A stretch of DNA of 64,000 bases from Ministeria vibrans ATCC 50519 (taxonomy: Eukaryota; Protista; Filasterea), in NCBI GenBank assembly GCA_943704425.1, contig CALSCP010002497.1:20622-84621 (forward strand). Direction: 5' to 3'. The notes beneath the pieces were generated by a model that saw nothing but the letters and a program-made list of their open reading frames with translations, did not search any database and was not told where the DNA came from. Positions 1-14,300 of this stretch are shown piece after piece; the first letter of the stretch is position 1; each line of letters begins with the position of its first letter. The position numbers were made by a program, and so were the translations under genes.

Positions 1-3000
1 CTCTCTTGCAAATGGTCAAACCCAAACTGTCGCTCGAGCCCAACAACCATCAATGGCACGCTCTCCTGCGCGATAACAACGGCAATCCTGTACTGCGCTC
101 GGGCTACGTCTTTGCCGGTGTTCTCGTTGAAGACTCACGACGAAGTACGGCCGCTTCTGCCACCGCAGCCGCCGCTGCCAACAGCAACAACAATAGCAGT
201 GTAAACGCGTCGTCGACCGCCTACGAGCCGGGCCAACTGCTTCTTACTCAGCGCATTGATTTGCACTACATCAATGATGTGCCAGGTCCCGTCACAGCTG
301 GGTCGCTTGCATGCCTCGACAAAGACGATAAGGGGCCCCAGTTTTCCATTGAGATCACCCTTCCCGAATCCGCAAAAATTTGTTACGGCCCCCACGAAAA
401 TCGTCTCCGTGCGCTTCTTCAGTCCTTCCTTGTGCCCTGGGACTTTAAAGATCACAAGCCCGCCCGGGCGCCGTGCCTCGGCGACACTCGCACTCCCAGC
501 TCCTTTGATCTCACCGTGACATTTGCCGCCGAGGCAACCCTCGCCGTTGGCTTTGTCAAGCGCGAACAGCTCCTCTGCGACCAAGTCAAGCAGCACGCTC
601 AGGCCATTCGCATGCGAAACGCCCAGCAACGACGTGGTCGAAGGAAACGAAGCCCCGACGACCCACGGCGGCAGCACTTGCGACGGCGCAACCCACTCGA
701 CGACGCTGGGAGCGCCGGGGAGTTTCGACGCGTCGATGCGGGCGCGGGCGTCGGTCTTTTTGCGTCGTTTGAGGAGAGCAACGATCTTGACGAACTTAGC
801 GCCACTTATGGCAGTGTACACTACGATGACGTTGACATTGACGAGCCCATATTTGGCGACGACCGCGATGATGATGATAACAACGACGACATGGACTTTG
901 ACAGCGACCTGGACGAATCAAACGACAATGGACTCGTGGTCGATCGGGGTGCGTTGGACGAGCGTGACAAGCGCCGGCGCCGATTTCGTGCCGCACGGCG
1001 TGCAATGGCGCGTGGAAAGCCACTCGGCGCTGATGAGCCCGCCTCTTCCGTTGCCGATGCTGCTTCGAGCCGCTCGCAGAGCAATCTTCAACAACCGGAC
1101 AGTGAGAGCGATCATGTAGCCGACGACAACCGCTACGATGACGACGAGGATGGCGATGAGGACGATGAGGACGACGAAAGCGCCGACGATGTGTTTGGCC
1201 TACTGGCGCCTAACGATGGTGCCTACCAGACGCTTAGGTGCACACTGGGCGCTGGTTCACGCATTGACTACTCCCTCCCTCTTGTTGTCGGTGCCGACGG
1301 CTACACGCCCACCGTTGTCATGGTTGCCCAACCTTTCACGGTGGTCACCGACCTTGCCTACCCTCACCTCATCCAGTGTCGCTCTTTTGAAGTGGCCGCC
1401 TACCTCTCGACGCCCCTCCAGTGGAACGGCTCGCGTGTCTGGGTCTTTGACTTTACCATGCTTCACCCGGACATACACTACCTCAAGTGCCAGGTGGAGT
1501 TTCTGCAGACCCTCATGCGTGACTGGACCATTGGTCCTGCAACTCCCATCGATCGCTTCGTCCCCATTCGCTACGAAATGCGCATCAAATTTGCCGACTA
1601 TCGTGTTCTCTTTTGCACCAACGAAGGCAACATTGTCGAGTCGACGTTGTTTGCCGACAACAGCTACGTGGCCGTGTCAGGGCGCATTCTTGAGCTTGCC
1701 ATTGTGCTCGACTTCACCATGTTCAATCAGTCCTTCAGCGACACAAGCGTCCTCGTCACGGCCGCCGACCTTCGCATGGGTCTGCAGCTCGCCGCCTCCA
1801 GCACCATCCGACGCCACCTCGACGATCTTAACCGACCCTACATCACCGTGGGCGTGTTTGAGGCTATTATCGAGTACCACGCCAACACTACCGTCGCCGA
1901 CGGCAATCTTGACACACTCTCCGTCTCGCTTCATCTGTCGCGCACCCACTGGCGCTTCTTTGGCCACTTTTTGCGTCATTTACTTTTGCTGCGCGACAAC
2001 TACTTTGGCGACCACCAAATGATCAAGTCGAAGCGTGCCTTTGAGGCATCCCGACGCGATAGAATGGTGCCGCGCACGCGCACCAACGCCTTTGAATTGA
2101 CTGTCGTTGCACAAGTGGATCACATTCTGCTCACACTCCCACACCATCTTTATCAGCTCGATGACGACTGTCCCATAGTCACATGCCCCGAGCTCGTTGT
2201 CGACATTCGCTCGCTACCCGCCTACATGGACATCCAACTGAATACAGCGCCCATCACCGCAGTCGTGCCGGTTGTTGGCACCGTCTTTCCCTCGCATCCC
2301 ACTGCCATTCCGGCCGCGTCGCCCGTCACTACACCAATCTCGACACCGACACTATCGCGTGCTCCACCCTCGTCGCCCGTCATGGACGCTCGCTTTGAGC
2401 CTTCCCGCTCCCGCGTCGCTGCAGCTGGGGGTGTGTCCAATGCTCCACCCTCGTCGCCTCTGACGCCCGACGACCATCACGTGTCGCAGCAGATCCCGGT
2501 GCCACCGCCGCCTCGTCTCGACTCGCCTGTCGACCTGTTCTACGCGCGAGCGCGCCAGTTGCGTAGCAAGGCCGGCTCGGGTCACCTAGTGCTGGATGCT
2601 GGTTGTTTTCGTGTGCGCAAGTACTACGGTCCCTGGTCGCCAATCGCATCGGGTCCCTACTCCAATGACTACACCCTTGCGCTGGGTGCTCTCTTTGGCG
2701 AAGTCTCACCCACCCACCTGCGTGTAATCCTTGATCATGTGGTCAATTTTGACTACAGCCTCGACGCCAAAAATGATCGTGTCTTTATTGGCTCGCTCGC
2801 GCGCATTCCCTCTGACGAGTTTGTGCGCACTGCCGTGCACGTCGATGTGCCACTCATTGAGCTGGCCGTCGTCGACAAGTCCACGGCCATTCTGGCTCAG
2901 CTACCGGACGGATTGCATTTTCACTATGACGGTGTGTTCCGTGCGGGTCGCATTGCACGCAAACAACTGCGTATTCCGTCTGTCGTTGTGCACCATCTCA

Positions 3001-6000
3001 TTGATCATGAGAAGACCGCCACTGCTATTTTGAAGCGTGCACGAGGGCGTGTACAGGGCGAAAAGTTGCCTCGCGTCTCATCGTCATCGTCCGAGCCCTC
3101 GACACTCAACAATGCCAAGTGTACGTGGGTCGAAGTGGGCGCACTTTCGCTTGATGTCCTTCTCACGAGCGACGTGCGTGTTGACGACTGGCGTGACCGC
3201 AAGATCAAGCAGCGACAGTTCCTCCGCGAGAATGACGCCGAGCTTCGCCAACTGCAATTCCTGTGGGTTCACAAGGAGCCGACCAACAGACGTGTGGGTG
3301 CATCGGTCTCGGCAGCCTTTATGCCGCGTGTAAGCTCTACCAGACCTGGCGCACATCCGTCGCAGTCTCAGCCACGCATCAATCCCGCCGTCGCCAATGC
3401 CCGCAAAGGCTACAGCGTCAACTCTTTTCTCATGCCCCATCTCCCTGAGGACGCCACCGACACAACGGACAGCGGCACTGTTGAACATCAGCAACGACAG
3501 CAAGAGCAGCAATATTCACAGCAAACGTTGCGCTCGCATCAGCAGTACACGACGGACGCACTCTCAAGTGAGGGCGGCGGCAGTGCAAACTCTCCCACGA
3601 TGACGCGACGCACTCCTCGTTTGCCTAGCGAACCTCACTCAGCCTTTGCACACACAGGCACTTTGCGTGCTCCCTTATCGCGCAGTCGTCGCACCCGTGC
3701 CACAAACCCGCAGTCACGTGCATCCGTTATTCTTTTGCCCGATCAAGCAGATTACGGTCTTAGCTCTTTAGGTGGTAGTGGTGATGGTGACGATGGCAGC
3801 GCAACGGTGACGACTGCACGCGACTCTATGTCGGTTGCTTCGCCCATCACCGATCGTGCCACATCAAGGTTCTTGCATGATGACGAGCCTGACGACGCGA
3901 GGGAGACCGCCCCAACGCTGCCTGTGGCTCTCGAGCGAGTCCCGCGTCCGCGTCTCAAAACGCTATCAACTGCCGACAGTCGTGGCGGTGCTCATGATTC
4001 TCTGATTCTGCCCGAACCCGACCTGATTCGCTTTATGATTCAACAGCACGCCGATGCGGCCAAGGCAAGTGGTACCTCCTCAGCGAGCCCACCTGCCACT
4101 CGATCCATTCACCGCATGGCTAACGCTCCGCCGCGTCCTGGTATACTGCCACAAACAGTTGAGCGTCAGACGGAAAGGGCAAGGGATCATGGCGAGATGG
4201 AGTCTGCACACAGTGAGTCGCGTGGCGATGACGCGCGCCGAACACCCTCATACCATTCTCCTTCGACCTCCTCGAAAGTATCGTCAGCGTCAACTCCACC
4301 TCCGTCCCACCTCACGCGACAGGAGAGCACCTACGTGGACGCAGTGGATGACACACTCGTTGAGTATGACGACGACTTTGACGATGTGCCCGACGAAGAC
4401 GACGACGAAGCCGACACAGCGTCGTTTTACTCAGCGCGCTCCTCCCTACCGTCCGTGGGTTCTTCGTCGCACTCGCGTGCCTCACTTCGTGCACGACGCA
4501 CCATTCAAGACCACTTTGAAGTGGGTCTCTCACAAGTGCGCCGCGCCACCTCCATTGCTGGCTCACAATCCATCTCCCTCAGCAGTGTGTCGATCAGCAG
4601 TAGCGATGGCCCGGGCCACAGTGGGGACGATGACCTGTCGTCAGGCTTGTCCAGTAGTTTTGATGACGATGACGACGATGACGAGCTGGAGGACGAAGAG
4701 GAGGACGAGGATGAGGAGGAAGAGGAAGACGACGATGAGGACGACAACGACGACGATGCTACCGGGGTTGACGGGCGACGACATCGCCGTCGTCGTCCTC
4801 ATCGTCAACTCGGGGAAGATCTCAAGACTATCCACCTCTCGAGCGATCTCTTCTTTGAGGACAACCTTTCGGTGTCGATCAGCAGCGATTCGTCAGACAA
4901 CGAATACGATTTTGACGACGATTTCGACGACGATGACGACGACGATGATGAAGACGACGACGATCATTTTGACGATGGTGCTCATGGCCATGGTCAAACC
5001 TTGCCAACTTCCTCTTCTATGACGTCTGCGACTTCAAGGCCACAATCCACGTCGGACACAACCACAACTGTGGTGGCGACAACGGCTGTGGGAGCGACAC
5101 CTTTGACGACCCTCGCACCTTCTTCTCTTGCCCCCAGTGGCACGTCTGGCTCTGTCATTGTTCCCGACCCTGTCGCTGATTCTGCGATCCCAGGCAACTT
5201 GGCCTCTAGCGCCACCTCGGCTGTTGTCACCAGTGACCCCATCGCCAATGGTGCTCATCACCAAGTCGATGAGAAGCATCCTCGTCGGCACAAGAAGATG
5301 AAGAAGACGAAGCGACCGCACGCGCGCATGTTCCATGATCGTGACCTGCTTGTCAGTGGTGTTTTTGGTGCGTCTGACTCAAACAAGGAGGCGCTCACCA
5401 CGGACGCCGGCCCTGATTTTTCCGATGGCGCTGCCTACCTGACAGACAGTCGTCAAGTGACCGCCTCGTCTGCAGCACAGTCGGACGTGTTGAACGGAAC
5501 CAATGGCAAGGCGGCGCGCGACGAGCGCAAGAGGAAGAAGAAGAGGAGGAAGCAACAAAAGAAGCTGCGCGAAACTCGCAAGACCTCGCAGGACGACGGT
5601 CTTGGCGATATCAAGTCTCGGTCGAAGCGTCGCCACAAACACCATCACAAGCGTCGCCAATCACCCGCGCCCGCCACACTGCCTGGCTCGTCCAATGCTG
5701 GATTCACCTCGATCAACGGCAACGCTCCGCTTGATTACTCCATGTCTCCGCTGACTGTCGCGTCGGGCGCCGCCCCATCCTCACAGGACGTTGCTTCGCC
5801 CCTTTACGCGGGAGCGGCCGCTGGAGCGACTGGAACCGGCTCGCCCTTGACCACCTCAGGTGGCGCTGGTGGTGGTACAGCCATCGGTGGTGGCGCAATG
5901 GGGGCTGGGGGAAGTCAGTCTGCGGCAGCTGCTGCCGCCACTGCTGCCGCCAGCGCATACATGGCCAACATGGTGGGCTCGTCGCTCGGAGGCGAGTGGC

Positions 6001-8212
6001 AACCACACGCGAATAAGCGTGTGAACAGTGTTTCGGAACTCTATCACTCCGTTTTGTCCGCCTATCGTCTGCCCCTCTGGACGCCAACCAACGAGTATGG
6101 CGGTCTCAACTCGGCGCGTGGCGAGTGTGTTGTCGAGGGAGTTCGACCGTGCGTTAATGTTCATGCAGGCCCTGTGTACGAGATGCGCTCCCTTAGCGCC
6201 ACCTACGAAAAACGAAACCAAGACAAGGAACACGCGTCGGCAGCAACAGCGACGTCGTCAACGGCGCCCAAGTCGTCCGCTCCCGGTGCCTCTAGTTCGG
6301 GTGGGGGCAGTCGTAACACCGGCAAGGGCACGGCACGACCTGGGGTTTCGACGAGCGCAGGAGGCAAACTGCATGCGTCGGGCAAAAACGACATGCGATC
6401 AGGCCTGTCGGCATTTGCCAAGCATCGCATGGGAGTCGATGGTGTGGGTCTGTCCTCCGACGAGAAGCCCCTCAATCGTGATCCGTACACCTTTACCGAC
6501 GTGCGCACCAAGTCGTATGTGGACGTGTTCCTGACGCCTATGTCGGTGGAGGCCTTGAGCATTCTGGTGGAGTCGTTGGAAGAGCAAATGATCTTTACGA
6601 GCGCCTCTCTTCTCGACGACATGGAGCGTGCATACGACAAGACCATTCGCGAACCGGGTGCCATGCCACTGAAGCGTAAGCGCTATGGCATGTCATTGCC
6701 AGGCGTGCAACTTATGTTGTTGGCACACGGTGGTGCCCCGAAGAACCCGTCAACGACAGCCAAGAGCGCCGCACGCCTCTCTGCACGACGTTCTGGGGCA
6801 AGTGCTCTACAGCGCGAGGGTCTCTATGTGGTGTCGGTGTTTCTTGGCGACACAGGTCTTGGTGCAGAGAGGGTTACGTCGATGCCGGCGCCCTCAGCCG
6901 ACGAGCTTCCATTTCGTGCGCTCGAACGAGGCGTCGAGGGCAGCGGGTTTCTTTCGGTGGATCGACTGTTGACACGTCTCATGTGGCTTGGAGACACGCG
7001 TCGTACCAGCACCGTTGCGTCTGACAAATCGACATCAGCAACAGGTGGAGGAGGAGGGAGCGTGGGCAACTCAAATCACGAACCGGCGTTCAATGCTCAT
7101 CGCGATGGAGGCATCAACAGTGCACGGTTGTGGACGCGCGGGTTCGACACGGGAGCACACGCTGCGGTCCTCGCCGACATGGGAGTTTGCGCGATGCGTG
7201 GCACGGTGCAGCAAACTGCGGTGTCCGCAGACTCGGCAGCCGCATACGCGGGTGTCAGCGAAAGCGAGGCGACGAGTGGTGGAGATGTGGACATGGTTGT
7301 AGGCGACGCGCGTGTCTACGACATGTGGCTGGTATGCTCGCATGCCTCTGTCAGCGGCATTGAGTCGTTCATTGGGACGTGGTACAGCCACGTTCATCGG
7401 CTGAGCAGCGCTGCAGCAACCCTTCAGGGTCGTGTGGGTCTTGAGCGACGCAAGAATATGTCGTCACTCGCGCGCACCTCGCAAGTACTGCCCCGCCGAC
7501 AGGCCGAGAAGATGTCCGCGAATGAATCGCTGTTGAACGGCCGGCCTCGTTTTCGTGTCGCTTCCGATGTCTCTTGGCGTCTTTTGCAACATTTGCGTGA
7601 TTGTCTCGGCGAAATGTCGCATCAGCGTCGACTGGCAGGTCACTCGGTACACAAGGAAGCGCTGCGACGCTTGCTTACATCGGCGAGTTCGCGCAAGGCC
7701 GAAGAAGCACAACAATTTGGTGCGGTGGCTTTGCTCCTGAAGCCCTGGTGTCAGCGCAACAAGGACAGTTTGGGGATGCATGCGCGCTCTTTGATTCTCC
7801 CCGAGTTTGGCGTAGCTCGTGACCTGGTGTTTCTGTCGGGTGCGACACCGTTCAACACGAGCGAGGCACATGTGCAAGGACGCACGCAGACCAAATCAGG
7901 CTCTGTATCGCTTGGACGCTTTCGTCTGCGTCTCTACGAATGGAGCGACTGCGCTTTGCCGGCTGCCCTTGCCACGGCTCCTCGCAACGAACTTATCTTT
8001 GGCAATGTGCTTGCCGAGGCGCGTGTGCAGCGTTCAGGCGAGCGACGTACGGACGAGGGACGCGGGCACGGCGTTGTCTTTGTCTCCAAGCAGCGTCTCA
8101 CCACGGTAGTGCGTGTCACCGAATGTCGTGTCTCTCTCAGTCCTGGCATTTTGCAGTTTGCCGACAAGATTCAAACACTGTAAGAAGACAAGAGGGCGAG
8201 CTAACTATTATC

Positions 8213-8306
<94 letters not shown>

Positions 8307-11300
8307 GATTATTATTATGATTATTATTATTATTATTATGATTGTCATGATTATTATGATTATTATGATTATTATGATTATTGCTATTATTATTTTTATG
8401 ACTATTATATTATTATTATTATTATTCATGTTTTTCTTAGAGCACATCAGGCCAAGTCGGGACGGGTATTTTCGGATGATGAGCGACGGCGGATGTTTGA
8501 AGAGGATGGAGAGGAATTGGAGAGTGAAGATGGACGACAGCAAGACGAGACTGTGACGACACGCGTGGCTGTCGATGACGGGTCGTCGTCGATTGCGGCG
8601 CGCACCGAACGCTCGTTTGATCGGCGTCAATTGTTCATGCACGAGGACGACGACGACGAAGGTGGCGATGGCGATGGGTACGACGAAGATGACGAAGAGG
8701 ACGACGACGAGGACGACGATTACGACTATGACGATGAAGACGACGAGGACGAGTTGTACGACGAGGACGATCTGGACGAGGAGGAGGAGGACGATGACGA
8801 AGATGACGACTACGACTATGACGACTCGAACGAGGATGACATCAAGAGTAGCGATGCCATTTCGAGTGGTGTGGGCGGCGCGAGCGAGGGAACGAGCGGT
8901 TTTGGTATGGAGGGTGCGAGCGAACGGGGCGGATTGCGAGGGTCGCGTCGTCGGCGGACGGCGCACTCAGTGCGCAACGAAGGCAGCGAGTACATCGAGA
9001 TGGACGTGTTGTCGCGCAACAGCTCTGAGAATGACCTGCTTCGACGCGAGGCCGAGGATGAAATTGGTGACTTGCAGCCGCGACCAGCCATGTCATTGCG
9101 TGGTGCGAAACGACGCAAGCGCTCGCGCAATCGCATCAAGTTTTCTATTGATGCGCCCTCGTCGCTGAGTCTCACGCCTAACCACACTGCGGCTGACTTT
9201 TCCGACGCGGCCATTGACACGTCGCGCACGGCCCCCACGACACTGTCGGCCGCCATCTTGTCAGGGACCCTCTCGGCCGAGTACCAGGCGAGTCTCAAGG
9301 CGGCCAACATTGCGGCAATGCTGCCCATCCACAAGGTCGAGTGGACCAGCATGACAGTGGTGGGCATTTTGGAGCGACTTACGGCGGACACACTCGTGTC
9401 AGGAGCCCGCGCCGTCTTCAGCATGGAGGGTGTGCGTTTGAGCGGCTCGCGCCGAAGTGACGAGCAATCTCTTGATGCCGACGCACCGCTGACGCTCGAT
9501 CCGGTGCGTCCTCGCGAGCCAGTCACACCCACATCCAAGGTGCGCGTCACCAAGACGGCACTGGTGACCATTTCCACTGTGGGCTTCCAGGTGATTCGTG
9601 TGGTTGACGCCCAAATCATGGCTGTGCTGCTTGTGCCCATGATCGAGGGCTCGTTTGGCCAGGCGACCATTGGCGATGGAGACGGTCACACGGCGCAAAC
9701 ACTCGTGGTGCGCTGGAAGTCATTCACGCTACGTGTGCCCCAGGAGATCTCGTCGGTTGCCCATCTTGCTGTGCGATGGCGACGTGCATTTCGCTCGTGG
9801 TCGTTGCGTCGTCGCGAACAACGCGAAGAAGTCAACCAACTGAAGGAGTTCAAGCAAATGCAGTACGAGCTGTTGCGACAGCAGCGCGAACAGAATCGCC
9901 AACGTCGTCGCAGCAAGATTGCTGGTGACGTGCTTTCGACAGATCACCTGCCGACTCTTGGAAGTGCCGACAGTACCGTGCTTGGTGGTGATGGTGGTGG
10001 TGGTGCCGGTGTGTGGCGAGTGAGCGACCAAACGCCAGCGTCCCGTGCAAACGAACAGCACGCGCCGGTGGTTGTGTCGGAGATGTTGAATGCGGCACGA
10101 ACGTCCGTCGAGCACTTCAACTTTGTGTACGTTCTGCTTCCAAGCATCAAATTTGCGGCACATCCGATTCCGTCGCTTGTCGTTGCCTATGAGATTGATC
10201 GCGTTGGCGTACTCGTGCGAAGCTCGTCCGATGGCATTGACGACGCCCGTGTTGATGTGCGCCAGCACAAGATGTTCTTGCAGACGTTGCAAAAGGGCTC
10301 GCGTCGCACACCGACCGTGTTGCCACTGCCACGCCTCCTTGGCGATTGCAAGGTCGTCGAACCGCGTGGTCGTCTGCTTCTTGGTCAACCGGATGGCTTG
10401 CATGCCGCGCTCACGCGCACCGTGCTAGGTACGGTTCACGTACGCTCCTTCCGCATTTCTTTGTCGGTGACTACCGTGAACCATTTGATGCACGCTCAAG
10501 CGTTGCTTGTCAAGGACATTGACAAACTGTTTGAGACACTCTCGGAGCTGAGAGAGGAGCCGCCCCATCGCGCGAACGTTGGGAACATGTCGGGCGACGA
10601 CGAGGAGTCGGCTTACAAGAGCCCTCGCGGCACGTCGACTACGGCAAGCTCACGCTCGATTGGCGGCCGTCCCTCTACGCCTGTCGATGTTCATTCTGAC
10701 AGTGCCGCGCCGAGTGCGAGCGGTGTGCCTCCTTCACCTGCTGCTGGCGATTCGGCTGACGTGAACGTGCCAGCAGAGAGACGACGCATTGCAGTTGACT
10801 ATCGCTTTTGTCTGTTCCTTCAGGGGATCGACATTGGCTGTGTGTCACCTATCGCGGTGGTCTCCTTCTCGACAGGCAAGATCAAAGTGTCGCTGGGCGC
10901 TACCAGCTCGGGCTACGCGCTCTACCGTGATCACTTGGTGGCTGCTGAGCTGTCAGATTCCCAACCCGCCTCGGGACTGGTGGGTGGGCCTTTGCAGCGG
11001 ACACTGACGGACCTGTCAACATACGGCATGCCTCCCATTGTTGTGAACAAGGGTGCGGAGCGTGGTAGTATGGATAACAGAGATGCCGAACGCTGTGGCA
11101 GCAGTGGAGGAGCGGCGAGCAGCTCCAGTGGTGGTGGCAGTGGTGTCGCGGGTAGTCTACTTGACGCTGCCGCCGCCCTTTTGTCACCTCGCTCTGCTTC
11201 GGGTAGCATTCGCAGTGGCGCCAGAGGTGTCGGAGGTGGACCGGGAAGCCGTGGTGCTGGTGCTGGTGGTGGTGATACAGCTGAAGCGATTCGCTCAATC

Positions 11301-14300
11301 CCTGTTGGTGCGTCGTCGTCCGGTGGTGGTACTGTTGCGAGTGGTGGCTCGGGCAACGGCCGTGGCAGTGGCGAGGGACTCATGGGCACCGCGACCTCGT
11401 TACCTCTGCTTGCAACGCCCTCGGTCGACGCCATGGCCACGAGTGGTCTTGGCGTGAGTTTTGGACAGGTGTTTGTGGCGCGCGTTGATGAAGACTTGCT
11501 GCCGAGCATGGCGAGTGTGGACAACCCGCCGCCAGTCGTGTCGGGTCCATCGTGGACATTTTTGGAGCAAAATTCTGCTCGCTGGAGCGCCTTCGTTGAC
11601 GTTCTCGTCTCTCTTCGCTGTGGCGGCGATCCCGTTGCAACCATTAACGCTGATATGATTGCAGGGGAAGCGCGCATTCGCACGACCGTTGTTCTTGAGA
11701 ATGATTCGATGGCAACCCTCTCTTCCACATCATCACCATCGCCGCCACCACCACCACCGCCGCCGCCGCCACCACCACCGCAGCCATCATCATCATCATC
11801 GTCACAGCAGCATCACCATCAACAACATCATCATCACCAGTATCACCGTCAACAACAACAACAACAACATCAGCAGCAGCAGCAGCAACGTGAGAGTGGG
11901 ACAAAGAAGCGACGTGACTCGTCTGCCGCCAGTCGCTACCTTGGTCGTGTATTTGGCTTTCGTATGGCCAGCGGCCGACGCGCCGCGGGATCGACCACGG
12001 CCGCCGAGCGCGGTCCCATGATGCACTTGGTGCGCGTGCAGGACACGTACATTGTGGCCTCGACATCGACCGTGGATCGTGGCATGCGCTTTGCTCTCTT
12101 CTTTCGCAATGCCTATGAACACTTTAATGCGCAACACATGTCAAATGATGCGGTGCGCAATGCCCGTCGGCGGGTTGTTCGTTCGACGATGGACTTGCGA
12201 CGAGCACATCGCTCTGCAGAACGACGCCGTGGAGAACAACGTCACGACTCAGCGCGCGACGGTTCGTCAGCGACCGGCTCGCCACCCTCTGCCAGTGCCA
12301 GTGCCAGTGCCAGTGCAAGCGCTTCCGAGGCCTTTCTGAGTCGCCACAAGGGACACGCATCATCGTCTTTGACCACGCCTGTGTCTGCACCCTGGTTTGC
12401 CCCTGCCGCTCCACCGCCGCCGAAATCGTCGTCAACAAGCAACAAGACGCATGAGACACCACGACGTGTCGCGTGGCTGCGTGTCGAGGTGCGACGTCTC
12501 GCCATTGCCGTGCCTCTTTTCTACGATGACGCCTCGGCACTCACCATGAATCCACCGTCAGCGCTGGTTCTCACGGTGAAGACTGCGGGTCTCAATGTGA
12601 GCGGCCACGATGGCAGCTTTGGCATGCTTGACAATTTCCTATTGCGATTTGATCCGAATTTTGACCTTGCATCACCCAAGTTTTTGTGGGAGCTCTCGTC
12701 CGAGGCGCTCATCACGTCCAAAGTGCGCAACGTTGCCATCATCGATCGTGGCCAGCTCAAGATTGTGTCGAAGACAATCAAAAGTGCGTCACAGGACACG
12801 TTTGCGCCTTCAACCACTGATGGCGATGCTACAACAGCACCACCGCTCGTGAATGTGATGGACAATGTTGAGACAGATCAGGCACGCATCGCCGTGCAAC
12901 TTGTCATGTCGGGCCTCAACTTGCATCTCGATGCGACAGTGCGCACCCATTTGGAGTTTGTGGTGAGTTCGCTGACTCATCTCTCCAGCAGCGAATCTCA
13001 GGCGGCCCGCGAGCAGGCCGCTGCGCACGGACTCAAGGACAATGTCGAGGCAGAGCGACGTTCGATTGAGACTATTCCGGAAGCAAACGAGGTGGCGGCT
13101 GCTGGTCGCCAGACACACGGGGTTGCAGCAGCCGATGCTACTGCTGTCGGCGGTGAGGCGTTTTCTACTGGACCCCTTTCGTCACGCTCACGACACAATT
13201 CGAAACTGGCGGGCACTCGGCATCATGCTGGCTCGCTCACACGACTCCCGCCTATTCTGAGTAAGAGAAGTCGCTTTTTACGCCAATCACGTCGTCGCGA
13301 CAGCTTCCTCTCGACGGCATCGCACGCTCCGACGGCACTGGCAACAGATGTACCTTCCACCGCAGCGACCTCCACGACCATGTCGACCGGAGCCTCGGCG
13401 CCCATTCTAAGCGGCACATTCTCGCCGAGTATGTCAGACAGCAGTGATGCAACATGGCGTCGCTCGAGTACCGTGCAAAAGCAGGTGTCTCAAATCCAAT
13501 TGCACTATGTGATCGACGTGAGTTTGACCATCGAGTCGGGGCGTGCAGTGCTTCATTGTTGCGAAAGGGAGCCGCAGGCGGCAGCACCAACCGCCACGAC
13601 GGCTAAAACGTTCTTGTCGGTTGGCCATGCGCCACCGAGTCGTCGTACGTCCGTCTTGACTACTTCCAATTCGAATGCGTCCGCCAGTCTGGATGGGCAA
13701 TCGACTTCATCGACGGGTGGGGGCACCGCTGGCGGTGGGACAGACGACGAGAATTCTCTTGCTGACATGCGATTCACTGAGTTTATCGTGCCACGCATCG
13801 GCTGTCACTTTAACTACCAATCGCTCGAGTCGGAGCTGCACGCCGATCTTCTTATTGGCAGCATGGGCGATGAGGTGAAAGTACAACCGCACCTGTTGGA
13901 GTTTATTGAAGAGGTTTTGGCGCTGCGAGGTGCCGCTGCGGCTCAGGTGCGACGTACACGGGCTGTTTCGCGAGCGAGTTCCATTCGCGAGTCGATTGCG
14001 AGCCACAGACGTCTGTCGGTCGAGCAGCAACGTCAGTTGCAGTTGGAGGCGGAAGAAGCGAAACGATCGGAGCTGATGACACCAGCAATGCAACGTACTG
14101 AGTCGATGGCACGTCAACAAGAACATGGAGGGAAGCGCGGCCCGACGACGTTGGCGGTGACGGGGTCGGCGAGACCATCAGAGATTGCACAGACGCTTGG
14201 CGAAGCGGGTCTCTCGCCTGTGTCGGTGCGTCGTCTGTTGCAGATGCGAGGACTTGCTGGAGCACCCAAGGCTGGTGCGACTGACTCGACCTTGTTGTCA

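Noticed and set aside
8180-8492. Two separate 2,700-aa genes or a tandem duplication (ORFs of 2725 and 2728 aa)
   Set aside because: The ORFs splice in frame, correspond to the N- and C-terminal halves of BLTP1 and show no visible mutual similarity. The similar length looks coincidental.
7940-8966. Poly-Ile/Leu 'membrane protein' ORFs; likewise poly-N, ER, SL, HT, CV and Y ORFs near 19100-20150, 24400-24960, 30100-30660, 32650-33050 and 59000-59270
   Set aside because: They are translations of intronic microsatellites lying inside canonical GT-AG introns.
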